Source of the DNA: Collinsella sp.
GTDB taxonomy: Bacteria > Actinomycetota > Coriobacteriia > Coriobacteriales > Coriobacteriaceae
Direction of reading: 5' to 3'
DNA: 64,000 nucleotides
NCBI GenBank assembly: GCA_031294825.1
Contig: JAUMPM010000067.1
Coordinates: 24,201 to 88,200, forward strand
The notes under the pieces are model-generated. The model saw only the letters and a list, made by a program, of their open reading frames with translations, was not told the DNA's origin and did no database searches. The position numbers were made by a program, and so were the translations under genes. Shown piece by piece: positions 1 to 8,596 of this stretch; the stretch's first letter is position 1; every line of letters starts with the position of its first letter.

Positions 1-1
1 G

Positions 2-2614
2 CTCGTCATCGAGAACCTCTGCACGCTGTTCAACTTGATCAACGTGGTCTTGGCGATTTTGGTGTTGCTGACCGGTTCGTTTAAAAACCTGACGTTCCTG
101 TTCGTGGTGTTCTTGAACACGGCAATCGGCGTGATTCAGTCCATGCGTTCTAAGCGGATGGTCGACAAGCTTACGCTGCTCACCTCTAAGAAGGCCATCG
201 CGGTGCGCGACGGCGCCGAGGTGGAGCTCGACCTGGACCAGATCGTGCTCGACGATATCATTCGCCTGGGGCGCGGTGACCAGATTCCCGCCGACGCCGT
301 GGTAGTGTCGGGCGAGGCACTCGTCAACGAGAGCCTGCTGACGGGTGAGAGCGACCTCATCAAGAAACAGCCCGGCTCCGAGCTCATGAGCGGCAGCTTT
401 ATCGACTCGGGCCTGCTGCGCGCCCGCGTGATCCATGTCGGCGCCGACAACTACGTGGCAAAGATCAACAACGAGGCCAAGTACGTCAAAAAGGTCAATT
501 CCGAGATCATGAACGCGCTGAACGCCATCGTGCGGTTCGCGAGCATTATCATGATCCCGCTTGGTCTGGCGCTTTTTGCCTCGAGTGTGAGCGGGCTGTG
601 GGATGCCGCGGGAACCCCGGGCGATAGCGCGCTTTCCTGGTGCTTCTCCGAGCTGCTGGCCGGTCGCGTGCCTTCTTCGGCGCTGCTGTCCACGGTTGGT
701 GCCCTGTTGGGCATGATTCCGCAGGGCCTGGTGCTGCTGACCTCGTCGGTGCTCGCGATTGCCACGGTGCGCCTGGCGCGTCGCAAGGTGCTGGCACAGC
801 AGCTCTACTGCATCGAGACACTCGCGCGCGTCGACGTTTTGTGCCTGGACAAGACGGGCACCATTACCTCGGGCCGTATGGAGGTCGAGGGCACCTACCC
901 GCTGCCTGTTGAGGGTGTTGGCTTTGGCGCGGACTCGGACGAGGCAGCTGTTCCCGTCGAGACCACGGTGCTCGACTTTGCGCTTGCCAACGTGGCGCGT
1001 GCGACCTCGGCAGATGCCAACGAGACCTGCCAAGCGTTGCTCAACTACTACGCCGATCGTCCGGTCGAGGTCTCCGAGCCGCTGTCGGTCATTCCGTTCT
1101 CGTCCTCCAAAAAGTGGAGCGGCGCATCGTTTGCGCAGGGCTCCTATGTGATGGGCGCCGCGCAGTTTGTGCTCTCTGATCGCGCATTTGCGCAGGTCGA
1201 GAATCGTGTGGCCGAGCTTGCCGATACCTGCCGCGTGCTCGTGGTGGCGCGCGTGGACGGCTTTACGCCCGATGGCGATATGGTGGGCGAGGCCGAGCCC
1301 GTGGGCTTTGTGACCATCCGTGACGAGATCCGCACCTCGGCGGCCGAGACCATCGGCTACTTTAACGAGCAGGGCGTGACCCTCAACGTGATCAGCGGCG
1401 ACGACCCTCGTACGGTGTCCTCGATCGCGCGCGTGGTGGGCGTGCCCGGGGCGGATGCCTACGTGGACGCCACGACACTCGATACGCCGTCCAAGATTGA
1501 TGCGGCGGTGGACCGTTACCACGTCTTTGGACGTGTGACACCGCAGCAGAAGCGCGAGCTCGTACAGGCGCTCAAACGCCGCGGGCACACCGTGGTCATG
1601 ACGGGCGACGGCGTCAACGACGTGCTGGCGCTCAAGGAGGCCGACTGCTCCGTGGCGATGGCCGCCGGCTCCGATGCCGCGCGCAATGTGGCCGAGATCG
1701 TGCTCGTCGATAACGACTTTGCCTCGATGCCCGCTGTGGTGGCCGAGGGCCGTCGTTCTATCAATAACCTGCAGCGCTCTGCCGCGCTCTTTCTGACTAA
1801 GACGCTGTTCTCGATGGGCCTGGCGGCGCTGTGCATCGCGCTGCCGCCGTACCCCTTCGAGCCCATTCAGATGACGCTCATCAACTTCTTCTGCATCGGC
1901 GCGCCGGGCTTTGTGCTGGGCCTGGAGCCCAACAACGCCCGCGTGAAGGGGTCGTTCTTGACCAACGTGCTTAAGCGTGCGCTGCCGGCGTCGATTGCGG
2001 TCATTTTGGCCGCGGCACTCGATATCTTTGTGGCACGCGTATTTGGCTTTAGCCAGCTTACGCTTTCGACCATGTGCCTGCTTACGTCGTGCGCGGCGAG
2101 TGTCAGCCTGATCTGGCGTATCTCGCAGCCGCTCACGCCCTTGCGCGTGGTGCTTTTCGTGTTTGTCGTCGCCGGTATTTTGACGGGCGTTATCGGGTTC
2201 CCGGGGCTGCTGTCCATCGCCAATTTGTCGATGGGTCAGATGGTCATCTTGGCGGTTATCGTTGTCTTTACCTGCGCTGTGTTCTTTAAGCTTGCCACGA
2301 TGATGGACTCGCTTAAGCCCCGTCGCCGTCATGCGGCTACCGGCTTTGGCCGTGGCGTGCGCGTTCGCCTGGGTCGCGGCGGCGGCAAGGTGAGTTCGAC
2401 GGGATCGACCGCCGAGCGTTTTGCCAAGCGTGTTGCCGCCGATATGGCGCAGCGCCGCGAGGAACGCACTGTCCGCGAGGCCGAGGCCCGTGCACTCGAG
2501 GGTGTGGCCCAGGCCCAGCCCAAGAAAAAGAAGAGTACCGGAGCCAAGCGCTCTCGCGTGACCAAGTCCGCCCAAGGCATCAAAGTCTCGATGCCAAGCA
2601 AAAAGAAGAAGTAG
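2..2614 (+). CDS. Cation-transporting P-type (E1-E2) ATPase, 5' end cut by window edge, with a ~100-aa Lys/Arg-rich C-terminal tail
   Basis: Frame is open from nt 2 (LVIENLCTLFNLIN precedes the first Met at 35). Motifs seen: LTGES actuator, CLDKTGTIT phosphorylation site, TGDGVNDVLALKEADCSVAM hinge. Hydrophobic helices lie on both sides. Confidence 0.9.
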   Translation, partial: LVIENLCTLFNLINVVLAILVLLTGSFKNLTFLFVVFLNTAIGVIQSMRSKRMVDKLTLLTSKKAIAVRDGAEVELDLDQIVLDDIIRLGRGDQIPADAVVVSGEALVNESLLTGESDLIKKQPGSELMSGSFIDSGLLRARVIHVGADNYVAKINNEAKYVKKVNSEIMNALNAIVRFASIIMIPLGLALFASSVSGLWDAAGTPGDSALSWCFSELLAGRVPSSALLSTVGALLGMIPQGLVLLTSSVLAIATVRLARRKVLAQQLYCIETLARVDVLCLDKTGTITSGRMEVEGTYPLPVEGVGFGADSDEAAVPVETTVLDFALANVARATSADANETCQALLNYYADRPVEVSEPLSVIPFSSSKKWSGASFAQGSYVMGAAQFVLSDRAFAQVENRVAELADTCRVLVVARVDGFTPDGDMVGEAEPVGFVTIRDEIRTSAAETIGYFNEQGVTLNVISGDDPRTVSSIARVVGVPGADAYVDATTLDTPSKIDAAVDRYHVFGRVTPQQKRELVQALKRRGHTVVMTGDGVNDVLALKEADCSVAMAAGSDAARNVAEIVLVDNDFASMPAVVAEGRRSINNLQRSAALFLTKTLFSMGLAALCIALPPYPFEPIQMTLINFFCIGAPGFVLGLEPNNARVKGSFLTNVLKRALPASIAVILAAALDIFVARVFGFSQLTLSTMCLLTSCAASVSLIWRISQPLTPLRVVLFVFVVAGILTGVIGFPGLLSIANLSMGQMVILAVIVVFTCAVFFKLATMMDSLKPRRRHAATGFGRGVRVRLGRGGGKVSSTGSTAERFAKRVAADMAQRREERTVREAEARALEGVAQAQPKKKKSTGAKRSRVTKSAQGIKVSMPSKKKK

Positions 2615-2717
2615 CTACGCGCCCTGGCGATGTTGAATTGGTGCCTTGTTCCTGTGGGGCCGTGGCGATGTTATGCTCTAACCTCGATTGTTTGAATTGC
2701 TTCGAAAAGAGGATGCC

Positions 2718-3860
2718 GTGATCTGCCCGCATTGCCTTAAGACTATCGAGGACGGCGCCTCGTTCTGCCCCTACTGCAACGCCTATGTGGGTCCGGGCGA
2801 TGGTCCCGAGCACACCGAGTTCGTGTTCTGCGAGGGCTGCGGTGCCCGTCTTTCTCCGCATGATCGTACGTGCCCCAAATGCGGACGCCCCGCTCCGGGT
2901 ATCCTCTCCGAGGACGCAGCCGCATCCGACCTGGCAGCGGGCCGCACGGCGGGCTTTCCGCGCCTAACGCAAGAGCAGATCGATACCGAGGTGCCTCATG
3001 CGCCGGCCTCTGCCGCTGCGGTTCTTTCGGACGCCGCCGATCCTAACGAGACTTGCGTGCTGCCGGCTTTCGATAAGGATTTCGGTATTCCCAAGGTCGA
3101 TATTCCCACGCCGGTTTCCCTGCATGACGATGCTCAAAAACCCAAGCGCAAGGTGCATCCCGACGAGGATGCCTATCACAAGCACAAGCGTCATATCCCC
3201 AAGCCGCTCATTATCATCGCGGTCCTTGCCGTTGTTTGCGGCGGTGCCTATTGGTTCGTGACGATTGATCCCATGGGTGTCATGCCTGGCTTCTACGACC
3301 AGTTTGGCCAAGCTGCACAAACCACCTTCCCTACGCGCCAAAAGGGCGAGGCGACTGAGGACGATACTGAGCAGGACGATGCTGCCGAGGTGGTCCAGGA
3401 GGAAACCGTGCTCACCGATGATCAGCTCTATACCAGGCTCGATGGTCTGTATCAGACTATCGTGTCCTATGGTGACGAGGATCAGATCGGCGAGGTCATC
3501 GATTCCTTTAACAACGGCTATCTCCGAACGCCGCTGTCCACCCGTCAGGAGTTGTCGCAGAGTGCCTACGCCCTGCGCGACCAGATCAAAAAGACGCAAG
3601 ATGAGCTTAACAACCTTAAGTATCAGGACGATACGGTCTATGCGGACGACATCGCCCACTTAAAGCAGCTTGCCGAGTGGATGTATGAGCGCGTCGACGT
3701 GATCTGCCAGAGCTGGGACATCTCGCTGGCCATTCCCGATGGCGAGTCGATGAGTTCCCACCAAAGCGAGATCCTGGCGCCCATCGCACAGGGCGGCAAC
3801 AGCGCGCTGAACCAGTACGACGCCAACGTGGGCTCCTGGAAGCCGCAACAGCGTTCCTAA
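2718..3860 (+). CDS. Double zinc-ribbon, single-pass membrane protein of unknown function
   Basis: Two CxxC...CxxC units (CPHCLK..CPYCN and CEGCG..CPKCG), a disordered linker, one TM helix (PLIIIAVLAVVCGGAYWFVTI) and a ~190-aa C-terminal domain. GTG at 2718 lies 6 nt after AAGAGGA; TTG at 2688 is the alternative start. Confidence 0.7.
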   Translation: MICPHCLKTIEDGASFCPYCNAYVGPGDGPEHTEFVFCEGCGARLSPHDRTCPKCGRPAPGILSEDAAASDLAAGRTAGFPRLTQEQIDTEVPHAPASAAAVLSDAADPNETCVLPAFDKDFGIPKVDIPTPVSLHDDAQKPKRKVHPDEDAYHKHKRHIPKPLIIIAVLAVVCGGAYWFVTIDPMGVMPGFYDQFGQAAQTTFPTRQKGEATEDDTEQDDAAEVVQEETVLTDDQLYTRLDGLYQTIVSYGDEDQIGEVIDSFNNGYLRTPLSTRQELSQSAYALRDQIKKTQDELNNLKYQDDTVYADDIAHLKQLAEWMYERVDVICQSWDISLAIPDGESMSSHQSEILAPIAQGGNSALNQYDANVGSWKPQQRS

Positions 3861-3898
3861 AATTAGTTCGCCATAGTCGGCATAACCTACGTGCGCAA

Positions 3899-3928
3899 TT
3901 GATGTAAGCGCATGCTTATTGCTACAAT
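3899..3928 (+). promoter_or_regulatory. Candidate sigma-70-type promoter for ppiB
   Basis: TTGATG, 18-nt spacer, TACAAT, about 40 nt upstream of the ppiB ATG. Read by eye only. Confidence 0.3.
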
Positions 3929-3967
3929 TCGTACAAATATGCTTTAAACGCACGAGGAAGGAACCAC

Positions 3968-4510
3968 ATGTTTGGTTTTAAGAAAGAGCTCTACACGCCC
4001 GAGTATCAGCTTGCCGGCGACGAGTGCGCCGTTATCGAGACGTCGAAGGGTACCATCAAGGTCAAGTTTGACGGCGAGGGCGCTCCCATTCATGTCGCGA
4101 ACTTCTGTGAGCTTTCTACGATGGGCTTCTATGATGGCCTTAAGTTCCATCGCTATGTGCCCGGTTTTGTCATCCAGGGCGGCGACCCCAATACCCGCGA
4201 TATGTCCGGCGCCGACGTCGCTGCCGGTCTTGAGGGCCCCGACGGCATGCCCGGTACCGGTGGCCCCGGCTACTGCATTAAGGGCGAGTTTGCCACCAAT
4301 CCGCGCAACAGCCATGTCGATGGTGCCCTTGCCATGGCACGCTCCATGGACCCCGATTCCGCGGGTTCGCAGTTCTACTTCTGCCTGGGTGCCCAGCATA
4401 ACCTCGATTCCGGTTACACCGTCTTTGGTACTACGGTCGAGGGTCTCGATGTGATTTCGCAGCTGCGTGCCGGCGACGAGATCGTCCATGTCGAGATCGT
4501 TCACGAGTAA
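3968..4510 (+). CDS. ppiB: Peptidyl-prolyl cis-trans isomerase, cyclophilin type
   Basis: GFYDGLKFHRYVPGFVIQGGDP and SAGSQFYFCL cyclophilin signatures; GAGGAAGGA RBS upstream. Confidence 0.9.
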   Translation: MFGFKKELYTPEYQLAGDECAVIETSKGTIKVKFDGEGAPIHVANFCELSTMGFYDGLKFHRYVPGFVIQGGDPNTRDMSGADVAAGLEGPDGMPGTGGPGYCIKGEFATNPRNSHVDGALAMARSMDPDSAGSQFYFCLGAQHNLDSGYTVFGTTVEGLDVISQLRAGDEIVHVEIVHE

Positions 4511-4521
4511 AGGGGACTTCC

Positions 4522-5826
4522 TTGAATAGCCAGCTGATCCAACAGGGCCGCGCCGCTTACCGCGCGGGTGATTTTTCCGCTGCAGCCCAGATGCTTGGGG
4601 CGGCAAAAACTCCCGATGAGATTATGGGCGAGGCCGATCACCTTCGCGGCAACGCCTTGATGCACCTGGGCATGTATGCCGAGGCCGCCGAGGCCTATGC
4701 CGCCGCCCTCAACGACGGCACCTACGGCAAGCGCGGCGCGCTGCTCACCAACCGCGGCAAGGCACTCGCCGCCGTGGGCGACTACACGACGGCTGCCCAG
4801 GCGTTCTCTGCTGCTACGCAGGATGCTTCCTATGCCACGCCGTTCAAGGCCTATCTGGGCCTGGGCAATGCGCTGTTCCAGTCGGGCGACTATGCCAACG
4901 CGGGTACTGCCTTTCGTCAGGCCGCCATCGACGGCGCCAATCCGGCTCCTGCCGCCGCACTCGGCGAGCTCGGTCGTTGCTTCATTAAGCTTGGCCGTCC
5001 GGCGGATGCCGTGGAGACCTACCGCACGGCTATCGACTTTGCCGGTCCCCGCGACGACACGCGTGCGCTCAACGCCGGCATGGGTCAGGCACTTTCTGCC
5101 GCCGGCCGCCCCTCCGACGCACTCGACGCCTTTAACGCCGCTACTGCCGATGGCATCTACCAGCTCACCTCCGAGCAGGCCGATGAGCTTGCCCGCGTTC
5201 ACGATTCGCTTGCCGCGCTATCCGCCCAGACGGCTATGGCCACGGCTCCGGCGCCCGCGATGGACGCTCCTGCCGTCGATCCGCTCGATCCTACGGGCGC
5301 GACCGGTCAGTTTATGCCCGATCCCTCGGACACCGGTTTCTTTACGCTGTCCGAGTCCGAGATGGTCCAGCAGGACCGTCAGGATCGTAAGCAGGCCAAG
5401 GTCCGTCGTCGCCATCGCCACACGGGTCTCAAAGTCTTCATCGTGCTGCTTCTGCTCATTTTGATCGCCGCGGGCGGTCTGGGCTTTGCCTACACGCGCG
5501 GCTTTGGCTTCCCGTCTCAGGAGTCTGTCGTTACCGATCTGTTCCAGGCTGCCGGCGACGGTGATACCGCAAAGGCCGAGTCTTGCCTGGCCTCGAGCCT
5601 GTCCGAGGACGCCAAGTCGATGATCATCTCTTCGATTCCGCAGGGTGCCACCGTGTCCGTCGAGGGCATGGATCAGTCCATGACCGAGACGACCGCTAAG
5701 GTGAAGGCATCGCTGTCCAAGGGCGGCGAGCAGGAGTACACCGTCAAATTCGTGCGCTCCGACAACCATATCGGCTGGGCCGTTTCCTCGCTCGATATGG
5801 ATTTCTCGGCTGCTGACAACCAGTAG
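4522..5826 (+). CDS. TPR-repeat protein with proline-rich linker, one TM helix and a small C-terminal extracytoplasmic domain
   Basis: Repeated Ala/Tyr/Gly-rich 34-aa-like units (GDFSAAAQMLG, GMYAEAAEAYAAAL, GDYTTAAQAFSAA, GDYANAGTAFRQAA, GRPADAVETYRTAI). TM helix GLKVFIVLLLLILIAAGGLGFAY. TTG start 5 nt after AAAGGGGA. Confidence 0.75.
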   Translation: MNSQLIQQGRAAYRAGDFSAAAQMLGAAKTPDEIMGEADHLRGNALMHLGMYAEAAEAYAAALNDGTYGKRGALLTNRGKALAAVGDYTTAAQAFSAATQDASYATPFKAYLGLGNALFQSGDYANAGTAFRQAAIDGANPAPAAALGELGRCFIKLGRPADAVETYRTAIDFAGPRDDTRALNAGMGQALSAAGRPSDALDAFNAATADGIYQLTSEQADELARVHDSLAALSAQTAMATAPAPAMDAPAVDPLDPTGATGQFMPDPSDTGFFTLSESEMVQQDRQDRKQAKVRRRHRHTGLKVFIVLLLLILIAAGGLGFAYTRGFGFPSQESVVTDLFQAAGDGDTAKAESCLASSLSEDAKSMIISSIPQGATVSVEGMDQSMTETTAKVKASLSKGGEQEYTVKFVRSDNHIGWAVSSLDMDFSAADNQ

Positions 5827-5848
5827 TGACCTTATGGGATTTAGCTTT

Positions 5849-5881
5849 GCCCGGCGCTTCACCGCAAGTGAGGTGCCGGGC
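5849..5881 (+). terminator. Stem-loop after the TPR gene (weak terminator candidate, no clean U-tract)
   Basis: GCCCGGCGCTTCAC / GTGAGGTGCCGGGC arms (14 bp with two G-U pairs), followed by TTGCGC. Confidence 0.3.
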
Positions 5882-5941
5882 TTGCGCTAGTATGATGAGC
5901 TAGTAGTTTTCCAGCAATCATCCAACACATCAGGAGTTGCG

Positions 5942-6985
5942 TTGTTTTCTTTGATGGATATGTTCTTCGGTAGCTATGCGGGCGATCTTGCGATCGACCT
6001 CGGCACCGCAAATACGCTTGTCTCCGTGCGCGGCAAGGGCATCGTCATTCGCGAGCCCTCCGTCGTCGCCATCGACAAGAACGACGAGCGCATCCTGGCG
6101 GTCGGTATCGAGGCAAAGCGCATGCTCGGCCGTACGCCCGGCAACATCGTGGCTGTTCGTCCCCTGAAGGACGGCGTCATCGCCGACTTCGATGTTACCG
6201 AGGCCATGCTTCGCTACTTTATCGACAAGGCGTCCGAGAAGCGCTACCCGTGGACCCCGCGTCCGCGCGTTGTCGTCTGTGTTCCTTCCGGCGTCACGTC
6301 GGTCGAGAAGCGTGCCGTCTTTGAGGCCACGATCCAAGCCGGCGCTCGTCAGGCCTACCTGATCGAGGAGCCCATGGCCGCCGCTATCGGCGCCGACCTG
6401 CCCGTCGAGGAACCCACCGGCTCCATGGTCATCGACATCGGCGGCGGTACCACCGAGGTCGCCGTTATCGCCATGGGCGGCATCGTCGTCTCGCAGTCCA
6501 TCCGTATTGCCGGTGATGAGTTCGATCAGGCCATCCTCACGCACGTTCGCGATGCCTATAACCTGGCCATCGGCGAGCGTACGGCAGAGGACATCAAGAT
6601 CAAGGTCGGCTCCGCCGTGCCGCTCAAGGACGAGCTCGACGTCGAGGTCAACGGCCGCGACGTGATCACCGGTCTGCCCAAGACCGTGCGCATCGAGAGC
6701 GAGGAGATCCGTCGCGCGCTCAACAAGCCGCTCGACGAGATGGCTAAGGCCGTCAAGGACGCACTCGATGCCACGCCGCCCGATCTTGCCTCGGACCTTA
6801 TGTACTACGGCATATTGCTGACCGGTGGCGGCGCGCTGCTGCGCGGTCTCGACGTGCGCCTGCGCGATGAGACCGGCGTTTCGGTCAACGTCAGCCCCAC
6901 GGCGCTCGATAACGTCGTTAACGGCTGTGCCCGCGTGCTCGAGGCCAATGCGTTTGATGGCGGCTTCGTCCAGACCAATGCTTAA
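5942..6985 (+). CDS. mreB: Rod shape-determining actin-like protein MreB
   Basis: DLAIDLGTANTLV N-terminal phosphate-1 motif, VIDIGGGTTEVAVI, LTGGGALLRGLD. AGGAG lies 5 nt before the TTG at 5942; ATG at 5954 is an alternative. Confidence 0.95.
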   Translation: MFSLMDMFFGSYAGDLAIDLGTANTLVSVRGKGIVIREPSVVAIDKNDERILAVGIEAKRMLGRTPGNIVAVRPLKDGVIADFDVTEAMLRYFIDKASEKRYPWTPRPRVVVCVPSGVTSVEKRAVFEATIQAGARQAYLIEEPMAAAIGADLPVEEPTGSMVIDIGGGTTEVAVIAMGGIVVSQSIRIAGDEFDQAILTHVRDAYNLAIGERTAEDIKIKVGSAVPLKDELDVEVNGRDVITGLPKTVRIESEEIRRALNKPLDEMAKAVKDALDATPPDLASDLMYYGILLTGGGALLRGLDVRLRDETGVSVNVSPTALDNVVNGCARVLEANAFDGGFVQTNA

Positions 6986-7006
6986 TTTCCAAAAGGTGGA
7001 TTCCAT

Positions 7007-8005
7007 TTGGCACGATCTTCGGGTTTCTCCACAAATCTGAATACCAAGCGACAATCAACGGGTATGCGCCCGTTGATTGTTTTCAGCCTGATTTCGGTGT
7101 TGCTGCTCACGTTTTACATCCGCGAGGGCGAGGCAGGACCGATTCATGCCGTGCGTTCGGGCGTAACGACGATTACCTCGCCGGTGCGCTTTGTGGGTTC
7201 GGCTGTGGCGGCTCCTTTCAATGCCATCGGCAACGTGTTCTCTAACCTTACGGCGTCCCAGGACACGCTCGACGAGCTCAAGAAGCAAAACGAGGAGCTG
7301 ACCTCTAAGGTTGCCGAGCTCTCCGAGGCTCAAAAGACCGCCGAGCGTCTGGAGGGGCTGGTCGGGCTGCAGTCGACCTACAACCTCAAATCGACCGCTG
7401 CTCGTATCGTTGGTGCCTCGGGCGATGCCTGGACCTCGACCGTAACCATCGACAAGGGCTCTGCCGACGGCCTTACCATCAACATGCCCGTGACGAGTTC
7501 TGCCGGTGTTATCGGCCAGATTATTGAGGTATCGGCCAAGACCTCTACCGTGCGCCTGATTGGCGACGAGAACTCGGGCGTGTCCGCCATGGTGCAGGAC
7601 ACGCGCGCCCAGGGTATGCTGCAGGGTCAGGCTGACGGCACGCTGCGTCTTGAGTACGTGAGCGTCGACTCCGATGTTAAGGTTGGCGACATCATCGTGA
7701 CCTCGGGCATCGGTGGCGTGTTCCCCAAGGGCCTTCCGCTCGGCACCGTCTCGTCGGTCGAGAAATCGGCAAACGACGTGTACTACACCATTGTGGTGCG
7801 CGCCCAGACCACGGCCGAGAACAACGAGGAAGTGCTGGTCATCACCTCGCTGACCGACGAACAGTCGGCCTCGGATGAGGACGTGAGCACGGCCAACAGC
7901 ACGCCGCAGGGAACGTCGCGCGATGCTGCGACCAAGACGAAGGACGAGAGCTCGGATGACAGTTCCGACACGTCCGAGACGACCGATTCCGGCTCGAGCG
8001 AATAG
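7007..8005 (+). CDS. mreC: Rod shape-determining protein MreC with acidic/Ser-rich C-terminal tail
   Basis: Position after mreB, N-terminal TM helix, coiled-coil (LDELKKQNEELTSKVAELSEAQK), beta-rich domain with VTSGIGGVFPKGLPLG motif. Confidence 0.9.
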   Translation: MARSSGFSTNLNTKRQSTGMRPLIVFSLISVLLLTFYIREGEAGPIHAVRSGVTTITSPVRFVGSAVAAPFNAIGNVFSNLTASQDTLDELKKQNEELTSKVAELSEAQKTAERLEGLVGLQSTYNLKSTAARIVGASGDAWTSTVTIDKGSADGLTINMPVTSSAGVIGQIIEVSAKTSTVRLIGDENSGVSAMVQDTRAQGMLQGQADGTLRLEYVSVDSDVKVGDIIVTSGIGGVFPKGLPLGTVSSVEKSANDVYYTIVVRAQTTAENNEEVLVITSLTDEQSASDEDVSTANSTPQGTSRDAATKTKDESSDDSSDTSETTDSGSSE

Positions 8006-8010
8006 GGGGC

Positions 8011-8583
8011 ATGTCCATGGATCTACACGAGCAGGGGATGAGCTCCCGCACGTTTGTGATCGCCGCCATCGTGTGCGTGCTGCTGCAGGCAGGCCTGGCA
8101 CCGCAGATCTCCATTGCGGGCGGTCGCGTCAACTTCATGATTATCCTGGTGTGCCTAGGCGTGTTCTCGGGCGACCCGACCCGTGCCGTCGTGTGCGGTT
8201 TTTGCAGCGGGTTGTTCTATGACCTATCCGCTGCCGTGCCGGTGGGCGTTATGTCGCTCCTGCTGACCGTGGGTTCTTTTGCCCTAGTGCACAGCGCTGT
8301 CGGTCAGACGGGCGGTACTCCGAGTGCGCGCGGCGTCACTGTGGGCGCCTTCGCGCTCGTCATTAATGTGATCTACAGCATCATCTTGCTGTTTATGGGT
8401 TTGGAGACGAGCTTTGTCGTGGCGATCTTCGGCCATGCGCTGCCGTCTTCGATCCTGACGGGTCTGGTTGCCATTCCGTTTTTGATGTCCGGCGTCGTGC
8501 CGCAGTCCGGCTATGGATTCTCCGCACGTGGCGGACGCCAGACGGGCATGCGCTTTAAGCCCAAGACCCGCAAGCTCAAATAG
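8011..8583 (+). CDS. mreD: Rod shape-determining protein MreD (polytopic membrane protein)
   Basis: Position after mreC; about 5 hydrophobic helices; size typical of the family. Confidence 0.8.
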   Translation: MSMDLHEQGMSSRTFVIAAIVCVLLQAGLAPQISIAGGRVNFMIILVCLGVFSGDPTRAVVCGFCSGLFYDLSAAVPVGVMSLLLTVGSFALVHSAVGQTGGTPSARGVTVGAFALVINVIYSIILLFMGLETSFVVAIFGHALPSSILTGLVAIPFLMSGVVPQSGYGFSARGGRQTGMRFKPKTRKLK

Positions 8584-8596
8584 GGGAGGCCCGTAG

